Positions 1 to 9,265 of a stretch of DNA of 64,000 nucleotides are shown here, piece after piece. The notes below the pieces were generated by a model that saw nothing but the letters and a program-made list of their open reading frames with translations, searched no databases and had not been told where the DNA came from. The first letter of the stretch is position 1, and each line of letters starts with the position of its first letter. The translations under genes and the position numbers were made by a program. This DNA comes from Gemmatimonadota bacterium. GTDB lineage: Bacteria; Gemmatimonadota; Gemmatimonadetes; Gemmatimonadales; GWC2-71-9. The stretch covers positions 13,079-77,078 of the forward strand of contig JBDHJM010000006.1 of the NCBI GenBank assembly GCA_039586895.1, given 5' to 3'.

Positions 1-136
1 GCGGCCCCCGACGGCCGTTTATCTGGTGCACGGCGAGCCGGAGGCGGCGGCGGCGCTCGGCGCCGCGATCGAGCAGGAGCTGGGATGGCAGGCGCGGCCG
101 GCCCGGGACGGCGAGACCGTGCGTGTGTCTGGATGA
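1..136 (+). CDS. C-terminal end of an MBL-fold metallo-hydrolase, beta-CASP/RNA-metabolising family (partial)
   Basis: Frame 2 reads RPPTAVYLVHGEPEAAAALGAAIEQELGWQARPARDGETVRVSG* (TGA 134-136); LVHGE is the typical beta-CASP C-terminal motif. Confidence 0.75.
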   Translation, partial: RPPTAVYLVHGEPEAAAALGAAIEQELGWQARPARDGETVRVSG

Positions 137-147
137 GGTTCCCGGAT

Positions 148-183
148 AAAAAAACCCCCGGCGCCCTCCCGTGCACCGGGGGT
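148..183 (-). terminator. Rho-independent terminator, minus strand
   Basis: Minus strand ACCCCCGGUGC-loop-GCGCCGGGGGU followed by a U run (A148-154 on +); one stem pair is G-U on the minus strand but an A-C mismatch on +. Confidence 0.75.
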
Positions 184-390
184 GGGGGATTTCCCTCCGA
201 GGTTTCGGTACCAGCACCACCTTTCGGAGATGGCGCAGGATTCGCCGAAAAGCGCATCGGATTACATGCTCGACGATCCCGTTCGTCTTGCCCGCGGCCG
301 ATGCACGAACCCCTCAAAACCTCGGCGGCGTCTAGACCGCCGGCCCCTCCCTCCAGGGGGCAATCCCGCAGTGGTCGCCCGGAGGCGACC
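184..390 (-). ncRNA. Candidate structured non-coding RNA (~200 nt, rod-like; 6S-like or unknown class)
   Basis: Nested helices 186-191/362-367, 197-205/317-325, 238-244/306-312, 254-260/298-304, side hairpins 214-236, 326-342, 373-390; followed by minus-strand terminator; no credible CDS. Confidence 0.55.
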
Positions 391-469
391 GGCGCAAGAC
401 TAGCCGAGATGGTATGAAGGAGCGGTGAAATCGTCCTGAATCGGGCTTCACGGCTGGGGTTTCGGGTTC

Positions 470-499
470 TTGACGGGCACCGGCGTCGGGCTGTAGACT
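470..499 (+). promoter_or_regulatory. Putative sigma70 promoter for usp
   Basis: TTGACG (470-475), 18-nt spacer, TAGACT (494-499). Confidence 0.45.
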
Positions 500-572
500 C
501 GTCCGCGCCTCTGGGGCCCTCCGAGCCAGCGCGGCCTCGCCCGGAGGCGGGTTTCACAACGGAGTTCCGCCC

Positions 573-1454
573 ATGAGTTGGAAGCCGGTCGTGGTGGGAG
601 TCGACGACTCCACCGAGAGCGGGTCAGCCCTGGCATTGGCATGGAACGTGGCCCGACAGGCCGAGGCGGCCTGCCGCCCAATCCACGTGGCCCGGGAGCT
701 GGCCAGCGTGCCCGCGGAGTTCGACCGCGACGAGGCACAGTCAAAGGCGGCAGCGGCCGCGCGCAAGATGGTGGCTGCGGCGCTGGGCGGTTCGGCGCCC
801 CCCGAGGCACTGGAGCGCATCGAGGTCCGCACCGGGAACACGGCATGGGTGCTCGGCGCCGCCGTCAGGGAGTACGGCGCGGAGCTGCTCGTTCTCGGCG
901 GCAAGCATCACGCCGCCCCGGTGCGCTGGTTCAGCAGCTCGACTGTGCATCACGCGGTGCGCACGATCGACGTGCCGGTGCTGGTGGCCGCAGACTACAG
1001 CGGCTCCATCGGTCGGGTGCTGGCAGCGGCGGACCTGTCCGACGCGGCCGGCCCGACGCTCGCTGCCGCCGCCCGGTTCGCCGGTCTGTTCGGTGCGGAG
1101 CTGCGCGCACTGCACGTCGTGGAGCCGTTTCCCCCGATTCCCGACGTAGCCGTGCAGCTCGACGAGCAGGAGCACATCCGCAGTGCGGAGCAGGAGTTCG
1201 CCCAGGTGGTCGGCGGCGGAGCGGCAGGATACGCCGCACAGCACATCGTGCGCTGCGGCACACCGAGCCGCACCATTTGCGACGAAGCGGCTGGGTGGGA
1301 CGCCGACCTGGTAGTCGTCGGATCACACGGCAAGGGATGGGTCGACCGTGTGCTGCTGGGCAGCACGGCCGAACGGCTCCTCAACCGGCTGCCGATTTCG
1401 GTTTTGGTCGTCCCGGTTGGCGGGGACCGCGCGGGCCGCGAGTCAGCCCGTTAA
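573..1454 (+). CDS. Universal stress protein (tandem USP domains)
   Basis: VVVGVDDS N-terminus; second domain with ADLVVVGSHG...LLGSTAERLL...SVLVV. Confidence 0.92.
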   Translation: MSWKPVVVGVDDSTESGSALALAWNVARQAEAACRPIHVARELASVPAEFDRDEAQSKAAAAARKMVAAALGGSAPPEALERIEVRTGNTAWVLGAAVREYGAELLVLGGKHHAAPVRWFSSSTVHHAVRTIDVPVLVAADYSGSIGRVLAAADLSDAAGPTLAAAARFAGLFGAELRALHVVEPFPPIPDVAVQLDEQEHIRSAEQEFAQVVGGGAAGYAAQHIVRCGTPSRTICDEAAGWDADLVVVGSHGKGWVDRVLLGSTAERLLNRLPISVLVVPVGGDRAGRESAR

Positions 1455-1579
1455 CGAGATCAACTAGCGTATCGGTGGCAGGTACTTGCGCCACAGGAGC
1501 CAGGGCCCTGTTTTGGTGCCTTTGGACCGCGGCAAAATGGGGAAGCGCGGCGTGCCTCCGGGCGCGCCCGGAGGATGAG

Positions 1580-1969
1580 ATGAGGGTATCGGATCTAATG
1601 AAGACGGAGCTGGCCGTCGTGAACGAGGATGCCTCGGTCGCCGAGGCGATCGTCGAGCTGGCCGATGCGCACGTGCACGGTGTTCCCGTGTTGGACCGGC
1701 GCGAGCGAATCGTGGGAGTCCTCTCCTCCAGCGACATCCTGCAGACGGCAGCCGAGAGCGAGGGCGCGCGCCGCTTCGATCAGATGCTGGTGCGCGACAT
1801 CATGACGACCCCGCCGCAGACCCTCGGCCCTGATGAAGACATCAAGAACGCCGCGCAGCTCATGCTCGAGCTGGACGTGCACAGGCTGTTTGTAGAGAAA
1901 GACCGCGAGCTGGTAGGCGTCATCGCGCAAAGCGACATCGTGCGAGCGCTAGCTACCGGAAAGCTCTGA
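1580..1969 (+). CDS. CBS domain pair protein
   Basis: MRVSDLM...GVPVLD...IVGVLSSSDI...VRDIMT...LVGVIAQSDI; GGAGG upstream of ATG 1580. Confidence 0.88.
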   Translation: MRVSDLMKTELAVVNEDASVAEAIVELADAHVHGVPVLDRRERIVGVLSSSDILQTAAESEGARRFDQMLVRDIMTTPPQTLGPDEDIKNAAQLMLELDVHRLFVEKDRELVGVIAQSDIVRALATGKL

Positions 1970-2008
1970 TCCTCCCTTGGTTCCCTTTCCCTCTCGCAGG
2001 AGCTGTGC

Positions 2009-2149
2009 ATGAGCGATCAGCATCCCGACATCGGCAAGCACCCGCGCGGCACACTGGCGCTCGTCGGGCTCTATGGCCTGGTGTTCGTCATTGGGTGGCT
2101 GGCCATCTTCCTGCTCATTTACCTCCCCCGTGGCGCAGTGACGAGGTGA
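2009..2149 (+). CDS. cbaD: Cytochrome ba3 oxidase subunit IIa (46 aa, single TM helix)
   Basis: MSDQHPDIGKHPRGTLALVGLYGLVFVIGWLAIFLLIYLPRGAVTR; AGGAG RBS; P(K/R)G-hydrophobic-W...RG pattern and position before subunit II as in Thermus cbaD; absent from ORF track. Confidence 0.8.
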   Translation: MSDQHPDIGKHPRGTLALVGLYGLVFVIGWLAIFLLIYLPRGAVTR

Positions 2150-2155
2150 TGCCCC

Positions 2156-2632
2156 ATGCAAGTCGATCTCTATGAGCGGATCTGGCTGTGGGGCGCCGGC
2201 GGCATCATCGTGCTGTTTCTCGGAACCATCGCCTTTGCCACGATCTCCCAAGGGCGGCTCCCGCCCAGTCACGTCGAGACGATAGACCCGCGCACCACGT
2301 TCGCGGACGAGCGGTTCGCCAACCGCGGTGTGACGGTGAATCCCGACGGCAGCGTCGCGGTGACGATGATCGCCATGATGTTCGCCTTCCAGCCCAACGA
2401 GATCCGTGTGCCCGTCAACGCGCCCGTGACCTTCCGGCTGGCCAGCGCCGATGTGGTCCACGGCTTCCAGATCGTGGGCACCAACGGCAACACGATGGTC
2501 GTGCCCGGCTACGTCAGCCAGTTCACGACGACGTTCGACACACCGGGTGAGTACCTCATCACCTGCAACGAGTACTGCGGTCTTGGGCACCACAACATGT
2601 TCGCCACGCTGATCGTCGAGGAGGGCACATGA
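2156..2632 (+). CDS. cbaB: Cytochrome c oxidase subunit II, ba3-type (CuA)
   Basis: One TM helix; DVVHGF and CNEYCGLGHHNM CuA ligands. Confidence 0.93.
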   Translation: MQVDLYERIWLWGAGGIIVLFLGTIAFATISQGRLPPSHVETIDPRTTFADERFANRGVTVNPDGSVAVTMIAMMFAFQPNEIRVPVNAPVTFRLASADVVHGFQIVGTNGNTMVVPGYVSQFTTTFDTPGEYLITCNEYCGLGHHNMFATLIVEEGT

Positions 2633-4251
2633 TCTACAATCGACGACTTGCCACCGCGAACGTGGGCGTGGCGATAGGTGCCTTCGGCATCGCGACGTTC
2701 ATGGCGCTGATGCAGGCGCTGTCGCGTGCGAGCCTCGACCTCCCGTGGCGCTCGGCCAAGATGTACTACCTGTCGGTTACCGGCCACGGCGTGCTGATGG
2801 CGATCGTGTTCACCACTTTCTTCATCATGGGCTTGGGGGTGGCATTCACCACCCGCGCGCTCGGGCGCGAGCTCAAGTGGTCCAAGGTGGGATGGGCGGG
2901 GTTCTGGATCGCGGCGGTCGGCACGGCAATGGCGGCATGGGCCATCCTGTGGGGGAAGGCCACGGTTCTCTACACGTTCTACCCGCCGATGCAGGCGCAC
3001 TGGGCGTTCTACATCGGAGCCACCTTGCTGGTGGTGGGTTCGTGGCTATGGGGAGCGGTGATCGTGGCCACCTACCTCGCGTGGAAGAAGGACAATCCGG
3101 GCAGGCCGGTGCCGCTCGCCGTACACGGCATGCTGGCGACGATCATCGTTTGGTACCTGGCGACGATCGGCGTCGCCTCGGAGATGCTGTTTCAGCTCAT
3201 TCCGTGGTCGCTCGGGCTGAAGGAAACGGTAGATCCGCTCCTCGCCCGCATGCTGTTCTGGTTTTTCGGCCACCCGCTGGTGTATTTCTGGCTCATTCCG
3301 GCGTACGTGGTGTGGTATTCGGTCGCGCCGCGCGAGGCCGGGGGCAAGCTGTTCTCAGATCCTCTCGCTCGGATGGTGTTCGCGCTGTTCATCATCCTGT
3401 CCACCCCGGTCGGGTTCCACCATCAGTTCATGGACCCGGGGATATCGGCAGGCTGGAAGATGGCGCACACCATTGCCACGTTCGCCATCCTTTTCCCGAG
3501 CTTCGTCACCGCCTTCACCGTGACGGCATCCTTCGAGGTGGCCGGCCGCATGCGCGGAGCCCGCGGCCTGTTCGACTGGATCACGAAGCTGCCGTGGAAC
3601 AACCCGCTGGTAGCGTCGGTCCTGCTGAGCATGATCCTGTTCGCGGTGGGCGGCTTCGGGGGCGCCATCAACGCGGCCTTCGGAATGAACGCGGTCGTGC
3701 ACAACACGGCCTGGATCCAGGGTCACTTCCACCTGACGGTCGGGACGGCAACCGCCCTGACCTTCATGGGGACCGCCTATTGGCTCGTGCCCAAACTGGT
3801 CGGGCGCGACTTGGAGCTGAGCCTTCTCGCCAAGTGGCAGCCTTACCTGTGGTTCGTGGGCATGCTGCTGTTTTCGATCTCGAACCACATCACCGGCATG
3901 ATGGGCATGCCACGCCGCGTCTATGAGGCGTCATACGGCGGCAGTGCGGTCGCGGCACAGTGGCAGGGCCTCACGCTGGTGTCCGCAATCGGTGGCATTC
4001 TGCTGTTCGTGAGCGCCTCGTTCTTCCTGCTGTGCATGTTCGGCACCGTAGTGGCCGGACGGAAGCGGGAGCAGGAGAGCCTCGAGTTCGCAGAGCCGAT
4101 CGAGGGGCTGCCGGCCCGTCCCATCGTGTTCGACCGCGTAGCGGCGTGGGTCGTGGTGGCGGTCGTTCTCGTGGCGATCGCCTACCTCTATCCCCTGGGC
4201 AGTCATCTCGGGATGGAGACGTTCGGGAGTCCGGGCTTCAAGCCGTTCTAG
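2629..4251 (+). CDS. cbaA: Cytochrome c oxidase subunit I, B-family (ba3-type)
   Basis: GHGVLM, FWFFGHPLVYFW (His-Tyr crosslink), GFHHQF, GHFHLTV, GMPRR. Confidence 0.93.
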   Translation: MIYNRRLATANVGVAIGAFGIATFMALMQALSRASLDLPWRSAKMYYLSVTGHGVLMAIVFTTFFIMGLGVAFTTRALGRELKWSKVGWAGFWIAAVGTAMAAWAILWGKATVLYTFYPPMQAHWAFYIGATLLVVGSWLWGAVIVATYLAWKKDNPGRPVPLAVHGMLATIIVWYLATIGVASEMLFQLIPWSLGLKETVDPLLARMLFWFFGHPLVYFWLIPAYVVWYSVAPREAGGKLFSDPLARMVFALFIILSTPVGFHHQFMDPGISAGWKMAHTIATFAILFPSFVTAFTVTASFEVAGRMRGARGLFDWITKLPWNNPLVASVLLSMILFAVGGFGGAINAAFGMNAVVHNTAWIQGHFHLTVGTATALTFMGTAYWLVPKLVGRDLELSLLAKWQPYLWFVGMLLFSISNHITGMMGMPRRVYEASYGGSAVAAQWQGLTLVSAIGGILLFVSASFFLLCMFGTVVAGRKREQESLEFAEPIEGLPARPIVFDRVAAWVVVAVVLVAIAYLYPLGSHLGMETFGSPGFKPF

Positions 4252-4273
4252 TCTTCGGGTGGGTGCTCGAGTG

Positions 4274-4301
4274 AGAGGGGGTGTCGCGAGACACCCCCTC
4301 T
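4274..4301. terminator. Hairpin between convergent cbaA and ZIP genes
   Basis: AGAGGGGGTGTC-GCGA-GACACCCCCTCT perfect 12-bp stem, GNRA loop. Confidence 0.7.
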
Positions 4302-4303
4302 TC

Positions 4304-5044
4304 TCAGAGGTACTGCTGGAACACCACCATCGCGACCAGCGTCGCCGACACCAGCAGTGCCACGCGCGGTCTCCTGCCTTCCCCGAAAGCCTCCGGCAGC
4401 AGCTCCACCAGAACCATGAATACCATCGCCCCCGCCGCGAATCCGATTCCGTAGGGCAGCAGCCGGGAGAAAGCACCGACCAGAAGGAACGCCGGCACGG
4501 CCATGAGCGGCTGCGGCAGCGACGATACGATGCTCCACCCCGCACATCCCGTGATGGACACTCCGCGGGGCCGCAGCACGGCCGAGATCGCCAGTCCCTC
4601 GGGGATGTTGTGTACGGCGATGGCTACGACGATCGCGACGGCAAACGTCATCCCCCCCGCGAAGGCGACACCCACCGCCACACCCTCTGCGAACGAGTGC
4701 ACGGTCATGACGACCAGGATCAGTGCCATCTTGCGCGCGCCGCCACCGCGCACGACGCCGAACTCCAGCTCGCGCGCTTGCAAATAGCGCTGCGTGGCGA
4801 CGATGAACACGACGCCGAGCACGGCGCCAATGAGCGTCTGCCACGCACCGTACGCCGTTCCCTCGGCTACCAGCCCGAAGCTGGCTCCCAGCATGAGGCC
4901 CGAGGCGATTGCATTAGAGTAGGCTACGGTCCGAGGCGAGACGGCCCGTACGAACGCAAACGGGATCGCGCCGAGGCCCGTGGCCAGTGCGGTGAGGAGC
5001 CCGTACAGGAAGACGGTGACGACGGGATCGAGGGCGGCCGGCAT
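4304..5044 (-). CDS. ZIP family metal transporter
   Basis: VHSFAEG and AVHNIPEG metal-site motifs; multi-TM; ELLPEA. Confidence 0.9.
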   Translation of the reverse strand: MPAALDPVVTVFLYGLLTALATGLGAIPFAFVRAVSPRTVAYSNAIASGLMLGASFGLVAEGTAYGAWQTLIGAVLGVVFIVATQRYLQARELEFGVVRGGGARKMALILVVMTVHSFAEGVAVGVAFAGGMTFAVAIVVAIAVHNIPEGLAISAVLRPRGVSITGCAGWSIVSSLPQPLMAVPAFLLVGAFSRLLPYGIGFAAGAMVFMVLVELLPEAFGEGRRPRVALLVSATLVAMVVFQQYL

Positions 5045-5800
5045 CTACATACCCTGGCTGCTCAGCAGCACCACGATGCCCATCGCAACGATGGTCACCA
5101 GGCCGATGCTCGTCGGACCGGCCTGGCGGTAGCACTCAGGCAGCAGCTCCGCCATTACCAGGTAAACCAGCGCTCCCACGGCGAACCCGACCGCCCACGG
5201 GAACAGCCCGGGCGCCGCGGCCACGAGCGCGAACGTGACGATCGACAGCAGCACCTGGGACACGTTGGTGCCTATCGAGAGGCCCACTGCATCGCGCAGT
5301 CGTGCGCCGCGGCCGGTGAGGATCGCGCTGAGCACCGTGGCCTCCGGGATGTTGTGCACGGCGATGGCCAGCGCCATGAAGACCCCGAAGGGGACGCTCA
5401 CCAGGAAGGCCACGCCGATGGCGATGCCCTCGGCGGCGGCGTGGTGCGCGTTGATCAGGATGACCTGGTAGCCGTACTCGGAGGCCGTTTCCTGCAGCCG
5501 GTTGAGGTCGAGCTCGGCCGTGCCAGACACCCAGTGCGTCCAGTATACGAACGCGATGCCGAGGAGCGCCCCCACCGCGCCGGACAGCGGTACACGCTCG
5601 ATCCCGGCCGTCTCTAGCCCAACGACGAGGATGGCGTACGCCGCCCCGAGCATGAGGCCCGCGGCGAGTGCGTTGGCCCAGCCGATCCACGCCTGCGGCA
5701 GGCGCTGGCGCACCAGCAGCGGCACCACACCCAGCCCGGCGGACGCCGCGGCGAGCGAGGAATAGAGCAGTACGGTGAGCGTCGGATCCACGGCGGTCAC
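5045..5800 (-). CDS. ZIP family metal transporter (second, divergent copy)
   Basis: NAHHAAAEG and AVHNIPEA motifs; ELLPEC. Confidence 0.85.
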   Translation of the reverse strand: MTAVDPTLTVLLYSSLAAASAGLGVVPLLVRQRLPQAWIGWANALAAGLMLGAAYAILVVGLETAGIERVPLSGAVGALLGIAFVYWTHWVSGTAELDLNRLQETASEYGYQVILINAHHAAAEGIAIGVAFLVSVPFGVFMALAIAVHNIPEATVLSAILTGRGARLRDAVGLSIGTNVSQVLLSIVTFALVAAAPGLFPWAVGFAVGALVYLVMAELLPECYRQAGPTSIGLVTIVAMGIVVLLSSQGM

Positions 5801-5898
5801 CCGGATCGAGGTACGGAGACATTACCGCTCGGTGGACGCCGGCGACACCCCCGCGCGGCCCTTCCACCGGAGCCCGTCCCCGCATAGCTTGTTCCCGT

Positions 5899-7140
5899 AT
5901 GCCGCAATCCTCCCGGGCGGACGAGCAGGAGATCTGGCAGCGCGTAGAGCGCCTCTCGCAGGCTGCCATCCGCATCACCTCCGAGCACGATCTGGACCGC
6001 GTGCTGCAGGAAGTGGTCGATTCCGGCCGCTTCGTAATCGGCGCGAAGTACGCCGCACTGGGAATCCTCGACCCCACCGGAACCGAGCTCGAGACTTTCG
6101 TCACGAGCGGGATGCCGCGTGAGGCTCACGAACGAATCGGCGCGCCGCCCAAAGGGAAAGGCGTGCTGGGTGCGGTGATCCGCGAACCCAAGCCGGTGCG
6201 CGTCCGCGACGTCACGCGCGACCCCCGCGCCTTCGGCTTCCCCGAGCACCATCCGATGATGAAGTCCTTCCTGGGCGTGCCCGTAGTGGGAAGGAACGAG
6301 ACCATCGGCAATCTGTATCTGTCGGAAAAGGAAGACGGCCCGGAGTTTACCGACGAGGACGAGCGGTTCGCGGTGCGGTTGGCCGCTCACGCTGCGGTGG
6401 CAGTGGAGAACGCGCGCACCTTTGGCGAGCGCGAGGAGCTGCTGGCACAGCTGCGCCAGCTGCACCACTCCCGCGAGCGGTTCTTCGCCATGACCAACCA
6501 CGAGCTGCGCAACGCGCTCACGGCTGTGCACGGCTGGACCGAGCTGTGGATCCGTAAGACGTCACCCAACACTCCCCGCTCGGCTCTCGAAGTGCAGGAG
6601 TCGGCGGAGCGCGCACTCACGCTACTCGAGGACCTGCTGGATCTCTCGCGCCTCGACGCGGACAAGCTGGAGCCGCTCATCAAGGACGCGGACGCGTGGA
6701 CGATCGTTCGCGAGTCGGTGGCCACGGTGGAGCCCGCCGCACAGCGTCGCGGCATCGAGATCCAGCTGTCGGGGCCGGACGAGGAGATCGTGTGCAGCAC
6801 CGATCCACAGCGGGTGCGGCAGATACTCATAAACCTGCTCACCAACGCGGTGCGGCACAGCCCGGTCGACGACGTGATCGGTGTCGAGCTGCACGTTGCC
6901 GACGGCCAGCTCCGGTTCGACGTCGTGGACCGCGGTGAGGGCATCGCGCCCGAGCAGCAGGCTGTGATCTTCGAGGCGTTCGAGCAGGCGGGGCGGAAGA
7001 CCGAGCGGGGCACCGGACTGGGGTTGGCGCTGTCGCGCAAGCTGGCCCGGCTCCTGGGGGGCGACCTCAACGTAGAAAGCCAGATCGGTAAGGGTGCCCG
7101 CTTCGTCTTGCGGCTTCCGCGGCGCGCCGAGGCATCATAA
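5899..7140 (+). CDS. GAF-domain sensor histidine kinase
   Basis: GAF with GFPEHHPMMKSFLGVP (DosS/DevS-like); HisKA NHELRNAL; NLLTNA, DRGEGI, GTGLGL boxes. Confidence 0.9.
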   Translation: MPQSSRADEQEIWQRVERLSQAAIRITSEHDLDRVLQEVVDSGRFVIGAKYAALGILDPTGTELETFVTSGMPREAHERIGAPPKGKGVLGAVIREPKPVRVRDVTRDPRAFGFPEHHPMMKSFLGVPVVGRNETIGNLYLSEKEDGPEFTDEDERFAVRLAAHAAVAVENARTFGEREELLAQLRQLHHSRERFFAMTNHELRNALTAVHGWTELWIRKTSPNTPRSALEVQESAERALTLLEDLLDLSRLDADKLEPLIKDADAWTIVRESVATVEPAAQRRGIEIQLSGPDEEIVCSTDPQRVRQILINLLTNAVRHSPVDDVIGVELHVADGQLRFDVVDRGEGIAPEQQAVIFEAFEQAGRKTERGTGLGLALSRKLARLLGGDLNVESQIGKGARFVLRLPRRAEAS

Positions 7141-7147
7141 AGAGGCG

Positions 7148-7193
7148 TTAACCTTCGATTAAACAATGGATTACCCCCCTTTAATAGGGTTAT
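7148..7193 (+). promoter_or_regulatory. AT-rich leader with ~11-bp periodic TTAA/TTAC repeats, possible OmpR-family binding array
   Basis: TTAA 7148, TTAA 7159, TTAC 7171, TTAA 7181, TTAT 7190. Confidence 0.35.
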
Positions 7194-7197
7194 CCAC

Positions 7198-7881
7198 ATG
7201 CGGATCCTCGTAGTCGAAGACGACCGCAAGGTTGCCGGTTTTATCGAGATGGGCCTCCGCGAGGAGGGCTATGCGGTGGACGTCGCCAAGGACGGCGAAG
7301 AGGCCACCGTGTTCGCGCATATCAACGACTACGACGCGATCCTGCTGGACCTCATGCTGCCCAAGAAGAACGGGCTCCAGGTGGCCGCAGAGCTCAGGCG
7401 CGAGGGCCGCAACACCCCGATCCTGATGCTCACCGCGCGCGATGCCACGGAGGACGTGGTGCGGGGCCTCGATGCGGGGGCCGACGACTACCTCACCAAG
7501 CCGTTCAAGTTCGACGAGTTGTTGGCGCGGCTGCGCGCCCTGGTGCGCCGTGGAGGAGCGGCGCGCTTGGATCGGCTGTCCTACGGCCCGTTGGAGCTGG
7601 ACCGGCTCAAGCACAAGGCATGGGCGGGCGAGATCCTGCTCGACCTCACGCCCCGTGAGTTCCAGCTGCTCGAGCACTTCATGCTGCACCCGGAAGACGT
7701 GGTGCGGCGCACCGAGCTGCTCGAGAAGGTGTGGGACATGCACTTCGATCCCGAGAGCAACGTCGTCGACGTGCACGTCGGGAACCTGAGGCGCAAGCTG
7801 CGTGAGGCCGAGTTCGACGGCCTCATTCAGACCGTGCGTGGCGTCGGCTTCTGCCTGAAGCTCAATAGCGACAAGGGCTGA
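7198..7881 (+). CDS. OmpR/CusR-family response regulator
   Basis: MRILVVEDD, LLDLMLP, GADDYLTKPF, winged helix ending TVRGVGF. Confidence 0.95.
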   Translation: MRILVVEDDRKVAGFIEMGLREEGYAVDVAKDGEEATVFAHINDYDAILLDLMLPKKNGLQVAAELRREGRNTPILMLTARDATEDVVRGLDAGADDYLTKPFKFDELLARLRALVRRGGAARLDRLSYGPLELDRLKHKAWAGEILLDLTPREFQLLEHFMLHPEDVVRRTELLEKVWDMHFDPESNVVDVHVGNLRRKLREAEFDGLIQTVRGVGFCLKLNSDKG

Positions 7882-9260
7882 TGCTCTCCCTGCGCCGCAC
7901 GTTAGCCGTGCGGTTCTCTTTCACCATCTTCATCGCTCTCCTCTTCATCGCGCTGTGGGCGTACCTCGGCGCACAGCGGATACTGCGCGAGGAGCTCGAC
8001 CGCAGTCTGGCGGCCGTTGCGCAGCTCGAGTTCGCGGTGATCGGCGCCGGATTCCCGATCGCGCTGCACGCCGAGCCCGCGGACTTCGACGGATTCGTCG
8101 AGGTCGTGAACCGGTTCGTGGTGGTGCGTGACGCGGACACCAGCGTGCTGGCCCTCAACACCTCACTCGCCCGCGACCTGCCCATGGACGCACGCAGCTT
8201 CGACGACGCCAGGGGCGGCAGGCAGGTCTGGAGAACGGACGACTGGGGCGAGCACCGGGTGCGTTCCTACTACGGCTCCGTCGATCTCAGCCGCGGCAGG
8301 GGCCAGGTCGTAGTGCAGGTCGCGGCCTCCCTCGGACCGCTCGAGCACGCGAACCGGGAAGTGCTGTTCCTGCTGCTGGGAACGGTGCTGCTGGGGACGG
8401 CGGCATCCGCGCTCGGAGCCGGATGGCTCGCATCGTCGAGCGTCACGCCAGTAGATGAGATCACCGAACAGGCGCGCAGGATCCAGCCGGGTGCCGTGGG
8501 CCAGCGCATAACCGAGCACGCCGACGTGAACGAGTTCGCGGGTCTGGTGCGCGTGCTCAACGGCATGCTGGAGCGGCTCGACCACGCCTTCCAGACACAG
8601 CGCCGCATGATCGCCGACGCGGGTCACGACCTGCGCACTCCACTCACTGCAATGCGCGGACAGATCGAGATCGCGCTGCGCGGTGAGCGAGAGATACCCG
8701 AGTACAAAGCGGTCATGGCAAGCGTTCTGGAAGACGTGGATCACTTGATCTCGATCAGCGAATCGCTGGTCCTGCTCGCCCGGCTCGACGCAGGCACACT
8801 CAAGCCCGAGCGAATCGCCCGGGACGTGGCGGAGCTCGTCGGCCGCTGCGCGCGCAAGGCGGAGGCGAGGGCGAACGGCCGGAACATCACATTCGCGGCG
8901 CCGCAGCGGGGTGCGACCGCCTCGGTGGACGCCAAGATGCTCACCGTCGCAGTGGACCACCTCATCGACAACGCTCTGGAGCACACCCCGGAGGGAACCG
9001 AGGTCCGCGTGGCCGTCGAGGCCGAGCCCAAGACCATCAGCGTGTCCGTCGGTGACAGCGGCCCCGGCCTGCCGCCCGAGGCTCTGCCCCGGTTATTTGA
9101 GCGTTTCTATCAGAGTGACGAGGCGCGCACCCGGAGCGGTGCGGCCGGTCTGGGCCTGACGGTAGTGGCCGCAATCACGGAGGCCCATTCGGGTGAGGTC
9201 CGGGCGGGGCGCAGCTCCCTGGGAGGGCTCGAGGTCATTCTGCAACTGCCGCGCCGCTGA
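7881..9260 (+). CDS. Membrane sensor histidine kinase (HAMP-HisKA-HATPase, CusS-like)
   Basis: Two TM helices, ADAGHDLRTPLT, DSGPGL, LFERFY, GLGL. Confidence 0.92.
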   Translation: MLSLRRTLAVRFSFTIFIALLFIALWAYLGAQRILREELDRSLAAVAQLEFAVIGAGFPIALHAEPADFDGFVEVVNRFVVVRDADTSVLALNTSLARDLPMDARSFDDARGGRQVWRTDDWGEHRVRSYYGSVDLSRGRGQVVVQVAASLGPLEHANREVLFLLLGTVLLGTAASALGAGWLASSSVTPVDEITEQARRIQPGAVGQRITEHADVNEFAGLVRVLNGMLERLDHAFQTQRRMIADAGHDLRTPLTAMRGQIEIALRGEREIPEYKAVMASVLEDVDHLISISESLVLLARLDAGTLKPERIARDVAELVGRCARKAEARANGRNITFAAPQRGATASVDAKMLTVAVDHLIDNALEHTPEGTEVRVAVEAEPKTISVSVGDSGPGLPPEALPRLFERFYQSDEARTRSGAAGLGLTVVAAITEAHSGEVRAGRSSLGGLEVILQLPRR

Positions 9261-9265
9261 GGCGT

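Noticed and set aside
184-390. Riboswitch, T-box, SRP, RNase P or tmRNA identity for the structured RNA
   Set aside because: Their signature motifs were not found by eye, and no downstream gene lies on the RNA's strand
85-417. ORFs 85-417 and 182-403
   Set aside because: No protein-like features or RBS; region better explained by RNA structure
2629-4251. Subunit I as a nitric oxide reductase, given the proximity to nosZ
   Set aside because: HPLVY retains the crosslinked Tyr and the cbaD/cbaB layout fits an O2-reducing B-family oxidase
7190-7198. Perfect DnaA box TTATCCACA (another consensus match near 53702-53710)
   Set aside because: Isolated boxes, no cluster or DUE, no dnaA/dnaN context; not an origin
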